This document shows positions 8,626 to 17,757 of a DNA stretch of 64,000 bases, piece by piece. Made by a program: the position numbers and the translations under genes. Position 1 is the stretch's first letter; every line of letters starts with the position of its first letter. The notes beneath the pieces are model-generated. The model saw only the letters and a list, made by a program, of their open reading frames with translations. It was not told the DNA's origin and searched no databases. The stretch is from a virus, in IMG/VR virus record IMGVR_UViG_3300045412_000547. The stretch is one strand, 5' to 3'.

Positions 8626-9382
8626 GGTTTATTTGAATCCATTCACTTGGGTATAAGTCTATAGTATTTAAATTTGAATATCCAGAACCAAACCATTTTT
8701 TATAATGAGGAGCTATAACTTTCTTGTTTTGATTTTTATTTAAGTATGCAGCCCACCAGCTAAAAGTTGAATTCGATATAATATTATCTTTACAAAGAGT
8801 CATTAAAATAAAATCTTCATAGTCTTGAAGAGAAATAAATATACAATTTAAATGTTTAAAACTTTCTTTACACCAATCAATATCATCAGAAAAAACACTA
8901 AACTTTTTACAATAAGTATGCTGTATAGCATTATCATAGTATTTTAAAGGCATAGTAGGATGATAGTCTAATTGATTAAGGTAATCCGTTCTTCGAACAT
9001 GTATACCGCATGTATTATCTATATACGGATACATGAACCGTAGGGTTTCTACTAAATTAGATTTAAATGAAAATAATTCTAAAATTTCATGTTTTATATT
9101 AAGAAAAAATTTTTCACTTTGATAATAGCCTCTAAAATCATATGATTTGTCTAAAGTAATATCATAATAATTCCATTGCTTTTGTTGATACACATTAAGA
9201 GGAACAGAGTTTACAATGGGACCAATAGGTTCTTTAAAAATATGATCAAATAACATACAAAAATTAAATCCATATTGCATATTATTTTTTTTAGCTGTAG
9301 CAATAGTTGCAGCTACTTGAAAAAGTTTATTACCAAACCGACCGTTTTTATCGTTAAAGACAAGTATCGGAGACATTTTCAA
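8615..9382 (-). CDS. alpha-1,2-fucosyltransferase (GT11)
   Basis: GRFGNKLFQ, GYYQSEKFF, IHVRRTDY, FSDDIDWC and ISNSTFSWWAAYL signature motifs. Confidence 0.92.
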   Translation of the reverse strand: MKMSPILVFNDKNGRFGNKLFQVAATIATAKKNNMQYGFNFCMLFDHIFKEPIGPIVNSVPLNVYQQKQWNYYDITLDKSYDFRGYYQSEKFFLNIKHEILELFSFKSNLVETLRFMYPYIDNTCGIHVRRTDYLNQLDYHPTMPLKYYDNAIQHTYCKKFSVFSDDIDWCKESFKHLNCIFISLQDYEDFILMTLCKDNIISNSTFSWWAAYLNKNQNKKVIAPHYKKWFGSGYSNLNTIDLYPSEWIQINHDT

Positions 9383-10196
9383 ATATTTTTTGTTTATAGT
9401 TCATATTATCGTGAATATCTGTAACGTCGAATTTATCTTTATAATTTAAAGTCATTATGTTAAAAATTAACTCTTCGGACGGTATAACATTATGATTTAA
9501 AAACTTAATATATAGTTCCCAATAAGGCTCATACATCTCGTTTAAAACACTAATATGTCCTCCCCAGAAAAAACCAAAAATGCATTTGTTTAAAACCATT
9601 GAATCCTCTATTTTCGCAAATTGATTTATATCAAATCTCCAAAGTTGTGATATGTTTGGTCCACCAAGCCTATAAATTAAAAATTTATTATTAGATAATC
9701 TGCGTGCTAAATTATCGGAAAATTTTTCACAATTTTCTTTTAAAGAAAAGTCGGAATGTATTCCGGCTGAAATTTGACAATCAGCCCATACAAAAAAATC
9801 TGAACTAAAAGGATTTAATTTTATAGCCTCTTGAATAAGAAAATACTTCATTAAAACAAGAGGAGCATACTCTCTCAAATAGTTAATTATGCCGTTTCTA
9901 TATACTTCAGGGGTATCATATTTTTCGTTAAAAAGGTCTTTATCTATTAATTTGTCCATTAGAATTTCTTTTGTCCAGGGTATGTTAACGAAATTATCAC
10001 TATTTCGGTGGTCAGGAATATAAAAATCTGGAACAGAATTATAGCTTATTAATGGAAGCTGGGTATCTAAATTTTTTCTATACCCGGTTTCGTAAATAGA
10101 AAAGTGTCTTCTAAAAAGAGGATGATTAATATTATCTCTTTGTAGATCTGTACAGCATGTGACGTATGTTACTTTATGAGTCATATCTACGTCCAA
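9354..10196 (-). CDS. HtrL/WlaTC-like glycosyltransferase
   Basis: VTYVTC, NPFSSDFFVWAD, GFFWGG and PSEELIF motifs. Confidence 0.65.
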   Translation of the reverse strand: MDVDMTHKVTYVTCCTDLQRDNINHPLFRRHFSIYETGYRKNLDTQLPLISYNSVPDFYIPDHRNSDNFVNIPWTKEILMDKLIDKDLFNEKYDTPEVYRNGIINYLREYAPLVLMKYFLIQEAIKLNPFSSDFFVWADCQISAGIHSDFSLKENCEKFSDNLARRLSNNKFLIYRLGGPNISQLWRFDINQFAKIEDSMVLNKCIFGFFWGGHISVLNEMYEPYWELYIKFLNHNVIPSEELIFNIMTLNYKDKFDVTDIHDNMNYKQKIFENVSDTCL

Positions 10197-10941
10197 ATTT
10201 AACCTTATTCACTTCGTAGTATTTATCTGAATAAACAGGTATATGATAATAAGGATCATTTAAATTTTTATCATGGCCTAGGTGAATTGGTCCTTTGTTA
10301 CGTTTGGTGTACCAAGCCTGTTTGTTTTTAATACGCATTAAGGCTTCATCATCTTCAGCCCCCCACGTCAAAAATTCTTCATTAAATCCACCTACTTCTT
10401 TAAGGGCTTTTGTACCGCAAATAAAAAACCCGCCCATGGTTCCAAATCCTGCGCTATGTCTATAAATGAAGTGTTGTTTATTTATATTAGATTCTATATC
10501 ATCAAACTTTTCTAGATTTAGATTAAAATCTATAAACTGATATCTCTTTTCTAAAGGTATATCTATAAGCTGGTATGTAAAAACTGCATTGTCTTTATAT
10601 GAAGCAAGTACATCCTCTTTAAATTCGTCATAATAACTATTATGAAAGTAGCAGTCCGAATCGATTATAGCAAACACATCTGAGTTGTTATCCTGGTGGT
10701 TTAACGCAAAATTAATTTTTTTACTTCTTTGATAGTATTTATCATTTAATGGAATATGTATTGAATCTTCTATATTTTTATTAATAGAGAAATCAAACAA
10801 ATTACATTTAGAAGGTATTAAATTTTTATTTAAATATGAAACAAGTTCCTTAGCTTTATACCAACAAAATTTAGTATTTTCTAGGCGTATAGGATCCCCG
10901 TTATCCCAAAACAGCATATTAAAGGAGAACTCAGGAAACAC
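10174..10941 (-). CDS. GT2/GT7C-like (galactosyltransferase-type) glycosyltransferase
   Basis: RSKKINFA, IIDSD and VGGFNEEFLTWGAEDDE (GT7 C-terminal WGxED motif), plus HLGH. Confidence 0.8.
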   Translation of the reverse strand: MFPEFSFNMLFWDNGDPIRLENTKFCWYKAKELVSYLNKNLIPSKCNLFDFSINKNIEDSIHIPLNDKYYQRSKKINFALNHQDNNSDVFAIIDSDCYFHNSYYDEFKEDVLASYKDNAVFTYQLIDIPLEKRYQFIDFNLNLEKFDDIESNINKQHFIYRHSAGFGTMGGFFICGTKALKEVGGFNEEFLTWGAEDDEALMRIKNKQAWYTKRNKGPIHLGHDKNLNDPYYHIPVYSDKYYEVNKVKFGRRYDS

Positions 10942-10942
10942 A

Positions 10943-12196
10943 TCAACTTACAGTATTAGCTAGAAAACCTGTAATTGGGTCTTGCCACCCTTTTGATTCG
11001 CTATGGGGCCAGACAATCCAGCTATGAGGTGTAACCTCGGTATTAAATTCTCTCCACACTTTACAATATTTATCCGGGTCATTAAACATTCTTGCAATTT
11101 CTTCTTTATCAGCATCTTTTCTGTACAGGTCTTTGCCCTCTTTATCTTTAAACGCCACGCACCAGAAATCGTAATCTTTTAACGGCACTTTATCGTACCC
11201 TACATCAATACAATGCTTAAAAATTCTCAAGAACGACTTTTCCCATTCTGTTTCATTAGAATATGGATAAGGATTAGGTGCTAAATAATTATCGATTGTA
11301 TATTTTTGTACTGCCCTCTTTTTAAAATGAAGCCCAGTATATTTCTCATAATCACGAAGAGTTCGTTTTTTGCCAAAGCCATATTTACCAAAATCTATGT
11401 CTCTCTTTTCACCGTCCATTTCAAATAGCTTGCGGTTTCTCAAATGTGATTTGTTATTTTTTTCAATCCAGTTTTTATCGTCATCCCACTGCTTAGTTCT
11501 TCCTTTACGAGTATACTCATGCCATATTACTACACGATGAGGGTGAAATAAATCGTAACCGTTTGTAAAAGCGCGTACTGCAATACTAATTTCTTCACCA
11601 TGAAAATAGTAGTTTGGGTCATGAGATACTTCTTTACAGAATTTTCCTAAAGTAAAGCAGAAATGTGCAGAATAAAATCTAGCAGGAATAGGTTCATCCC
11701 TTTGTTGCCAATCATCAATAGATGCAGGAAGAAAAAATACGGCGCCTTCAGGAATAAATCTATCAAAGTTCATTTTCCATGGAACATGAATACGTGCAGC
11801 AGGATCGTTGTCCGGGTCAAAACTAGGAATGTAACCGGTTAATAAAGGCTTTTTATGGCCTTTCTTTTTTAATTGATTGATCATTCCTATCAAAATCTCA
11901 TCCCAATTTTCTACGAAACGGTGGTGACTATCTAATTGAAGAGTATAATCTTCTCCGTTATAATACTGCTGAATCATATTTCTAGCCCAGCAGGTACCCA
12001 GACTTTTTTCATAAGGTACATCTAAAAATAGAAAACGCGGATCATTTTTAAATTTACTAATATCCTCTTTTTCATCATGCTGCCAACAAACAACTATTTT
12101 TAAATCATCAGGATTTTTAGCTTTTTCAACTAAATCTGTAAGAGTTGGAATAAGTTGGGGATCTCTATAAGAAGCTATTTGAACGAATATTGACAT
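10943..12196 (-). CDS. GT60-like GlcNAc transferase (Skp1-hydroxyproline / polypeptide GlcNAc-transferase family)
   Basis: SIFVQIASYRDP, GTCWARN, LQLDSHHRF..NWD, FHGEEI...RAFTNGYD and RTLRDYEKYTG, the characteristic motif series. Confidence 0.85.
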   Translation of the reverse strand: MSIFVQIASYRDPQLIPTLTDLVEKAKNPDDLKIVVCWQHDEKEDISKFKNDPRFLFLDVPYEKSLGTCWARNMIQQYYNGEDYTLQLDSHHRFVENWDEILIGMINQLKKKGHKKPLLTGYIPSFDPDNDPAARIHVPWKMNFDRFIPEGAVFFLPASIDDWQQRDEPIPARFYSAHFCFTLGKFCKEVSHDPNYYFHGEEISIAVRAFTNGYDLFHPHRVVIWHEYTRKGRTKQWDDDKNWIEKNNKSHLRNRKLFEMDGEKRDIDFGKYGFGKKRTLRDYEKYTGLHFKKRAVQKYTIDNYLAPNPYPYSNETEWEKSFLRIFKHCIDVGYDKVPLKDYDFWCVAFKDKEGKDLYRKDADKEEIARMFNDPDKYCKVWREFNTEVTPHSWIVWPHSESKGWQDPITGFLANTVS

Positions 12197-12237
12197 ATTG
12201 TTTTATTTTATAATATCGGAGTTAAAATTCAATAGGT

Positions 12238-12675
12238 TTAAGCGATCGCATTAAAAGCTCTACAAAATGTAGCAATGGCATCAGTTTCCCTACTCACACT
12301 GGTATATGACTCATAATCTCCGTACGGGTCATCTTGAGTAGCCACCGAAGAAGTGGGGGCTTTTTTAATCTTTTCATTTATTAAAGTAAAAAGTTGATTT
12401 GTTGTTACATCAGAAAAAGCTCTGTTTATAAAATCTTTTATCTGATTCACTGTCATTTTGCCTTTAAGCTCGGTAAATGGATCGGTATATAAACCAAATA
12501 TAAAATGAGGTAGGTATTTCATAGTTATAAGAGCGCAATCTTTAATAACATGATAGGCAGCAGGATTGAGTATTTGAACCCCTGTATCAGGAGATGAGCT
12601 TGCTTTTTTAGCTGGGTTAAACAACTTAGCTTCTTTTGCCTTACTATTTTGAATAATAATGTCTTCGAATGTCAT
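12238..12675 (-). CDS. Hypothetical protein
   Basis: 145-aa ORF coupled to the upstream gene by an ATGA overlap. Confidence 0.6.
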   Translation of the reverse strand: MTFEDIIIQNSKAKEAKLFNPAKKASSSPDTGVQILNPAAYHVIKDCALITMKYLPHFIFGLYTDPFTELKGKMTVNQIKDFINRAFSDVTTNQLFTLINEKIKKAPTSSVATQDDPYGDYESYTSVSRETDAIATFCRAFNAIA

Positions 12676-13130
12676 GTTAATATGTTATCAAAGGTGTTCT
12701 TAATATCAAATGCCGGGATACAACTTATTTCAATACCGTAGAACTTAAATATTTCGAATGCTCCATGATCTTCTTCGTAGATAGTACCAAAAACAACATG
12801 CTTAATTTGATGAGCTGCAATATTTATAGCGCAGCATCTACAGGGAAGCAATGTAACAGCAATTAACCGAGCTTGACCTACTTTTATACGAGATAAAAGA
12901 TTTGTTTCAGCATGGATCATAAATTTTCTGCGCTTATTTCTGCATGACCAAAACCCTCTAGGCGGCTTGAACCCGGGCATAAGACCGTTATAGCTAACAC
13001 CTAATACGCCGTTATGATAATCAAGGGCGCAAGCACCTACTTTTCTAAATGGATCTTCGCTCCGTAATGACGCACCATAGGCAAGCGTCATTGCATGTTT
13101 TTCCCATGAAACTCTAGCTTGTGTAATCAT
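12672..13130 (-). CDS. dCMP deaminase
   Basis: RSEDP..KVGAC, YNG, IHAETN and PCRCC zinc motifs. Confidence 0.9.
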   Translation of the reverse strand: MITQARVSWEKHAMTLAYGASLRSEDPFRKVGACALDYHNGVLGVSYNGLMPGFKPPRGFWSCRNKRRKFMIHAETNLLSRIKVGQARLIAVTLLPCRCCAINIAAHQIKHVVFGTIYEEDHGAFEIFKFYGIEISCIPAFDIKNTFDNILT

Positions 13131-13806
13131 CTAAAATCTTTTTAGCTTCAGATTTTAAATAAGGAACAGGGTAGACACTAAAATTCTTTTGATCTCTATC
13201 ATAATAAACTATACCAAATTGCGATGGTTTTAGTCCAGTCATATTCGCATACATAAAAGCATATATTGAAATTTGAAGACTATAGAGATTATATTCACAG
13301 TCGGTTAAATGTTGTACCGGGGAAAGAAGAAACCTACCGTAAATATTTGTAAGATTAAACTTTTTATTAGTTTTAAAATCGTAGATTGAAAACAAACCAT
13401 TTTCTTCATTTTTAATAACATCTGCGGTGCCCGCTACTTTATACTCGTGACAAAACAATTTATGTTCGTATAGGCAATTTTTACAATCTTTAAAAATTTC
13501 TAAGTCATCTAAAGAAGCTGCAATAGAGACCTGCTCTGGGTCGCTCTCATCAATTTTATTATGCTTTTGATAAACTTCTATAATCTTGTGAATTTTAGTA
13601 CCGTATTCCTTGCTTTTAGTATTATTTTCTTTCCATTTATCTTTAATTTCTTGAACTGTTACACCTTCGCGTTCTGCTACCCGAGAAGCGTTTTTTTCTA
13701 AATCGAATGGTTCTTTATATTTGTTTAAAAGGGAGGTCGTTGAAATATAAATTTCTTTAGTAACCGGGTGCCTATATGTATGAGACTTTTCATCAAAAAC
13801 TAACAT
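13114..13806 (-). CDS. PD-(D/E)XK exonuclease
   Basis: FDEKSHTY, GTKIH, AGTADV, IYDFKT and YSLQISIY motifs. Confidence 0.85.
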   Translation of the reverse strand: MLVFDEKSHTYRHPVTKEIYISTTSLLNKYKEPFDLEKNASRVAEREGVTVQEIKDKWKENNTKSKEYGTKIHKIIEVYQKHNKIDESDPEQVSIAASLDDLEIFKDCKNCLYEHKLFCHEYKVAGTADVIKNEENGLFSIYDFKTNKKFNLTNIYGRFLLSPVQHLTDCEYNLYSLQISIYAFMYANMTGLKPSQFGIVYYDRDQKNFSVYPVPYLKSEAKKILDDYTS

Positions 13807-13836
13807 TTAAATATTTTATAAGAAACAGAATGTATA

Positions 13837-14040
13837 TCAAGAAAGAACGTAAACACAAGTAAATGTCCAACCAAGTGCAGATCTATGAATTAATGTGCAG
13901 CCCATTTTTTTTAATCTTTCATCTAATAATTCGTACCATTGTTGATCAACATTAAGAATAATAGAATTTCTTTTACTATCGATGAGAATATCGTCAGTAA
14001 ATTCTTCGCACACTGCTAAGCAGTTGCTTACCAGTTTCAT
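13837..14040 (-). CDS. Hypothetical protein
   Basis: 67 aa; TAAATA-N5-ATG upstream. Confidence 0.6.
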   Translation of the reverse strand: MKLVSNCLAVCEEFTDDILIDSKRNSIILNVDQQWYELLDERLKKMGCTLIHRSALGWTFTCVYVLS

Positions 14041-14048
14041 ATATATAT

Positions 14049-14267
14049 TTAGTCATTTTCTTCATACTCCCCCTCACTATTTTGAAAATCTAAATCAGTC
14101 TCAAGCTGTATATCTGCTTGACCAGCACCTTGACTTAAAGCGCGTAAAAAAATATCTATTTCATTATCTTTTAAATAAAGAATACCTACATCTTTTTTGT
14201 TAATAAAAACAGAAACATGCGAGGAGTTACCCGCCCGGGTAATAGCCCTCAATTCAATTAAATTCAT
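14049..14267 (-). CDS. Hypothetical protein, acidic C-terminus
   Basis: 72 aa; ATGA-coupled to 14264..14443. Confidence 0.6.
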   Translation of the reverse strand: MNLIELRAITRAGNSSHVSVFINKKDVGILYLKDNEIDIFLRALSQGAGQADIQLETDLDFQNSEGEYEEND

Positions 14268-14443
14268 TTATTTTCTGTATTTTGCAAGATACTTACTAAT
14301 TTATTAAATAAAGTACCGACCGGTATAAATTCTGCCGGGCGAATAACACCTCTTGCAGAACAAACTTCAATAAGACCAGCCAATACTTTAATGTCTTCAA
14401 CTGTGAGTGATGTTGATATTTCTTTAGTATTTTCGTTTTCCAT
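14264..14443 (-). CDS. Small hypothetical phage protein (59 aa, absent from the ORF track)
   Basis: MENENTKEISTSLTVEDIKVLAGLIEVCSARGVIRPAEFIPVGTLFNKLVSILQNTENK*, preceded by TTGAAA-N16-TAAAAT-N6-ATG. Confidence 0.75.
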   Translation of the reverse strand: MENENTKEISTSLTVEDIKVLAGLIEVCSARGVIRPAEFIPVGTLFNKLVSILQNTENK

Positions 14444-14477
14444 AAAGCTATTTATTATAAATTATAATCTTTTTCAA

Positions 14478-14681
14478 CTACTCTAAAAATCCTTTATCTA
14501 AGTCATAAACAATTTTATTATCAAAATTTAAAATTTGTAATACATCTTCTTTGTAAAGATCCAATTCGTCGAGAGCCTTTTTGTGGGCGCTATAGACATC
14601 ATCAGCGTCGACTTTAAGTTTTTTAATTTGTTTGCCGGAACTTTGGTCAGCTATAACAACTGTATATTTTTCTATAAACAT
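14478..14681 (-). CDS. Hypothetical protein
   Basis: 67 aa; TTGATT-N16-TAAAAT-N5-ATG upstream. Confidence 0.65.
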   Translation of the reverse strand: MFIEKYTVVIADQSSGKQIKKLKVDADDVYSAHKKALDELDLYKEDVLQILNFDNKIVYDLDKGFLE

Positions 14682-14734
14682 AATATATTTTATGTTATGG
14701 GTTTTTTAAATCAATATAATAAATTTTTTAAGTA

Positions 14735-15205
14735 ATGATTGTTTTTAAAATATCCCCCACAAAAAAATCGTTGTTTTGGTTTAAAAATAGAAATATTGAC
14801 TTAAAAGCAATGTCATATGCAACGACTTTATTATTTAGTAAGATAATTAAAAAAAGAAAAATGGTTCATAAAGAAATTAAGATTAAAATTACAAAAAATT
14901 TTGACAGTTCATATAAATTTTATACTAACAGACTATTTATTTCAGGTTTTTATAGTTACGACGACTATTCTAGAAAAGAATTTGTTATAGAGTTTTTTAA
15001 AAATTACTTGCATGAACTTTGCCATTGGTATCAATCTGAAATACTTAAAGTTAGAGCAACATCGTTAAGCTATACAAATAAAGATTTTATTTTAAATAAT
15101 AGAAAATATAGAAAAAATAAATGGGAGTTGCACGCTAGAAAATTCGAAAAAGAAAATTTAGTCTCGTTTATAAATTTTTATGCACATTACAAAATTAACT
15201 ACTGA
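14735..15205 (+). CDS. Putative zinc metallopeptidase (HExxH)
   Basis: YLHELCHWYQ...NKWELHAR. Confidence 0.65.
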   Translation: MIVFKISPTKKSLFWFKNRNIDLKAMSYATTLLFSKIIKKRKMVHKEIKIKITKNFDSSYKFYTNRLFISGFYSYDDYSRKEFVIEFFKNYLHELCHWYQSEILKVRATSLSYTNKDFILNNRKYRKNKWELHARKFEKENLVSFINFYAHYKINY

Positions 15206-15537
15206 GCCTTTTTTTCTATCCATGTCTTATATAGATAAGCAACGGAAGGGTATGTCAGAGCGGTTAGAAGCCCGTACAAAAAAGAATAGTTATACATAAT
15301 TGCAGTTATAAGCCCCACAAGCATACTAGTCCAAAAAGAAAAACATATATAACAAGAAGCTAGTTTACCTATCCATTTATTTCTCACAAGTAGATAAGTA
15401 TCAAATTGTTCGTTTAAATATATTTCTGGAGATAAAAACCCCCCTATAGTGCTCTTCAAAGGGCTATAAAACCAGATTAACAAAATTGTTAAAGTGACCA
15501 AAAGCCCGGTTAAGTAGGTTTGGATAATTCCTTCCAT
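15199..15537 (-). CDS. Small membrane protein with CxxC (DUF1360-like)
   Basis: Three hydrophobic segments; GKLASCYICFSFW. Confidence 0.55.
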   Translation of the reverse strand: MEGIIQTYLTGLLVTLTILLIWFYSPLKSTIGGFLSPEIYLNEQFDTYLLVRNKWIGKLASCYICFSFWTSMLVGLITAIMYNYSFLYGLLTALTYPSVAYLYKTWIEKKAQ

Positions 15538-15710
15538 ATAGCCTCTATATATCTAGATTTTAAACTAGCTTTAGCACAACTGCTACATCCAGTTGTATTT
15601 AAATTTTTTAGTTCATTATTGTATCTTTTTCTAACCTCTTCACAAACAGGTATTTCGTTTGGACAGGGCTGATTTTCGTCAAAAAATTTATCTAGTAGCT
15701 GCGTGTTCAC
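15510..15710 (-). CDS. Small four-Cys protein, paralog of 20260..20469
   Basis: FF...PCPNEIPVCEEVR..Y...GCSSC....K..YI. Confidence 0.65.
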   Translation of the reverse strand: MNTQLLDKFFDENQPCPNEIPVCEEVRKRYNNELKNLNTTGCSSCAKASLKSRYIEAIWKELSKPT

Positions 15711-16383
15711 TTAAAATATTATTTATTTCACTACCCGTATAAACACCACGTAAGTATTTATATTGTATGTCGTAAACTATATTTTTATCCTTATTATAAT
15801 CTATAAGCTTTTTAAGTCTCGTTTCTAGATCTATATCTGTAGTTTTTTTGTATATTTCAAAATCAAAAATATTGCTAACCCAAAAATATATATTATTTGA
15901 TTCGCTTTTGAGCTTTTTATAATTTTTAATTAAATCTAAATGTATAAACTCTTTTTGTATATTTTGAAATTTTTTTAACGCATCAAAATATTCTTTTCGA
16001 GAGCTAAAATTATTTTCTACAAACAATCTACGCTTTTTTTCATAATATGATACATTTAAATTCTCGACATCTATCTTAAAAATTGAATTTTTATATCTTT
16101 TCTTAAAACTAACTACAAGGCCTTCCAGGTTAGATGCACCGTCAAAAAACCTGCAAAAATACTCATAAAATTTTAATTGAGTTTGACTCAAATCGAAAAA
16201 AATCATTTTTTTAAAATTATTTTGGCTAGCTATTTTAATAGGCTTCATACCACAAGCGGGACCAAAAAAAACATCTTTGTTGCTTCTATAGTCATAGCAA
16301 GGTTCTGAGTTATGAACTCTTACATAATCATTAAATTTTACCATCTGTAAAAAATAAGGAGATTTTAAATAAGATTTTTTCAT
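15688..16383 (-). CDS. Hypothetical protein, possibly Rossmann/SAM-binding-like
   Basis: FFGPACG, IFFDLS..QL, FIHLDL and FWVSNIF resemble methyltransferase-fold strands. Confidence 0.4.
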   Translation of the reverse strand: MKKSYLKSPYFLQMVKFNDYVRVHNSEPCYDYRSNKDVFFGPACGMKPIKIASQNNFKKMIFFDLSQTQLKFYEYFCRFFDGASNLEGLVVSFKKRYKNSIFKIDVENLNVSYYEKKRRLFVENNFSSRKEYFDALKKFQNIQKEFIHLDLIKNYKKLKSESNNIYFWVSNIFDFEIYKKTTDIDLETRLKKLIDYNKDKNIVYDIQYKYLRGVYTGSEINNILSEHAATR

Positions 16384-17723
16384 ACTACGTGTTTAAGATA
16401 TTTTTCTAACCCTTGCTTAAATTCATCAAGAGTTGCTTGTTTTGAATTATTTTTAGAAAAATTATTTTTAGAAAAAATTGAGCTGCTAAATAATTTTAAA
16501 AAATCTTCTAAATATTCTAATTTTAAATTATTATCTTGCGCAGCTTTTTCTAATAAATTATATTTTTCTTTATCATATTCTCTTAAATTTTCTATTGTGG
16601 CATCATCAAAAAAAGAGTTAAAAGCATTATTTGCATCATAAATTTCTTTTTTATTTTCTATTTTTTGTTTATAAATATTTTTTACAAATTCAACAGCGTC
16701 TAGTAAAGAATAATAGTTACTATTTTTAGGTAAAAATTTAAAAACAATTGATTTTAATGAATTTTCAAAGAAGTCTACTAGATATTTCAGTTCTAAAAAA
16801 CTCATATTTTCTAAAGACATATTTACAGGGTGAACCACATGCTGAAAATATACATCTGTTTCAAATTTATTAGCTAATACTGCTATGTTTAGCAAGTCGT
16901 GTATATTTTCTTTACATAGTACAGTAGAGATAAAAAATTTTTTATTTTTTTCTTTTAAAATATTTTTAAATATATTGCAGTTTTCTATAACTTTTTCATA
17001 ACTTGAATTTTTTCTAATATTTTCATATACCTCTTTTGTACCTCCGTCTATAGAGACTCCTAAATTTAGGTTAAGTTTTTTAAGAATTTTCTCTACTTTA
17101 GATGAAAAAACCGTTCCGTTTGTTTGAATAAAAATATTTGCTTGGGATTTATTATCTAATAAAATATCAAATATATCACTATAGATTTTTATTAAGAACG
17201 GTTCACCACCATAAAAATTTATTTGCTTTGCATTGAGAAGAAAAGGGGTGAGTTCTTTTAAAAAGTTATTATTGTAATATGGCGATATATAAGCAGGTCT
17301 GTTTTCCCTATTTTTTCTTATAGAAGAAGAAAAAACCCCGTTACACATTTTACACTCTAAATTACATGTATTGTCTAATTCTAAATCTAACCTATATGGG
17401 TATTCAAGTCCTTTATAAACATTATCCGGTGCATCATAATGAGTAATTTTTAATAATTTAAATTTTTCCATATCTAAGAAATACTTGCACTGAAAGCAGC
17501 CTTTTTTAAAAGAAAAGTTATCTAATTCCTTTCTTAGCTCTTTAATTTTTTCTCCATTCCAAATCTGTAAAAGAGTTTGGTCTGGGTATTGGCCTAATGT
17601 AAAAGACCGGTTTGCACAGCAAACACTGGCTATTCCTTTATGACCAAGATAAAGATTTGTATGAGGAGCTTGGCACATAGTTCCCAAGTTTCGTCTTTTA
17701 GAAATAAATTCGTTTTTCGTCAT
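16380..17723 (-). CDS. Radical SAM protein with N-terminal SPASM/twitch-like domain
   Basis: CNLECKMC (CxxxCxxC), FYGGEPF, QTNG and SIDG; N-terminal C..P...CC...IWNG...C..C. Confidence 0.9.
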   Translation of the reverse strand: MTKNEFISKRRNLGTMCQAPHTNLYLGHKGIASVCCANRSFTLGQYPDQTLLQIWNGEKIKELRKELDNFSFKKGCFQCKYFLDMEKFKLLKITHYDAPDNVYKGLEYPYRLDLELDNTCNLECKMCNGVFSSSIRKNRENRPAYISPYYNNNFLKELTPFLLNAKQINFYGGEPFLIKIYSDIFDILLDNKSQANIFIQTNGTVFSSKVEKILKKLNLNLGVSIDGGTKEVYENIRKNSSYEKVIENCNIFKNILKEKNKKFFISTVLCKENIHDLLNIAVLANKFETDVYFQHVVHPVNMSLENMSFLELKYLVDFFENSLKSIVFKFLPKNSNYYSLLDAVEFVKNIYKQKIENKKEIYDANNAFNSFFDDATIENLREYDKEKYNLLEKAAQDNNLKLEYLEDFLKLFSSSIFSKNNFSKNNSKQATLDEFKQGLEKYLKHVV

Positions 17724-17757
17724 TTAAAAAATTAAATTATACATTAATATATATAAA

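Noticed and set aside
5408-12196. GT run as DNA hypermodification machinery
   Set aside because: No hydroxymethylase or T4-type DNA glucosyltransferase in the window, and GT60/GT11 families act on proteins and glycans. Considered less likely, not excluded.
14227-14242. Short inverted repeat ttaccc-gccc-gggtaa
   Set aside because: Lies inside a coding region with no U-tract; not supportable as a terminator.
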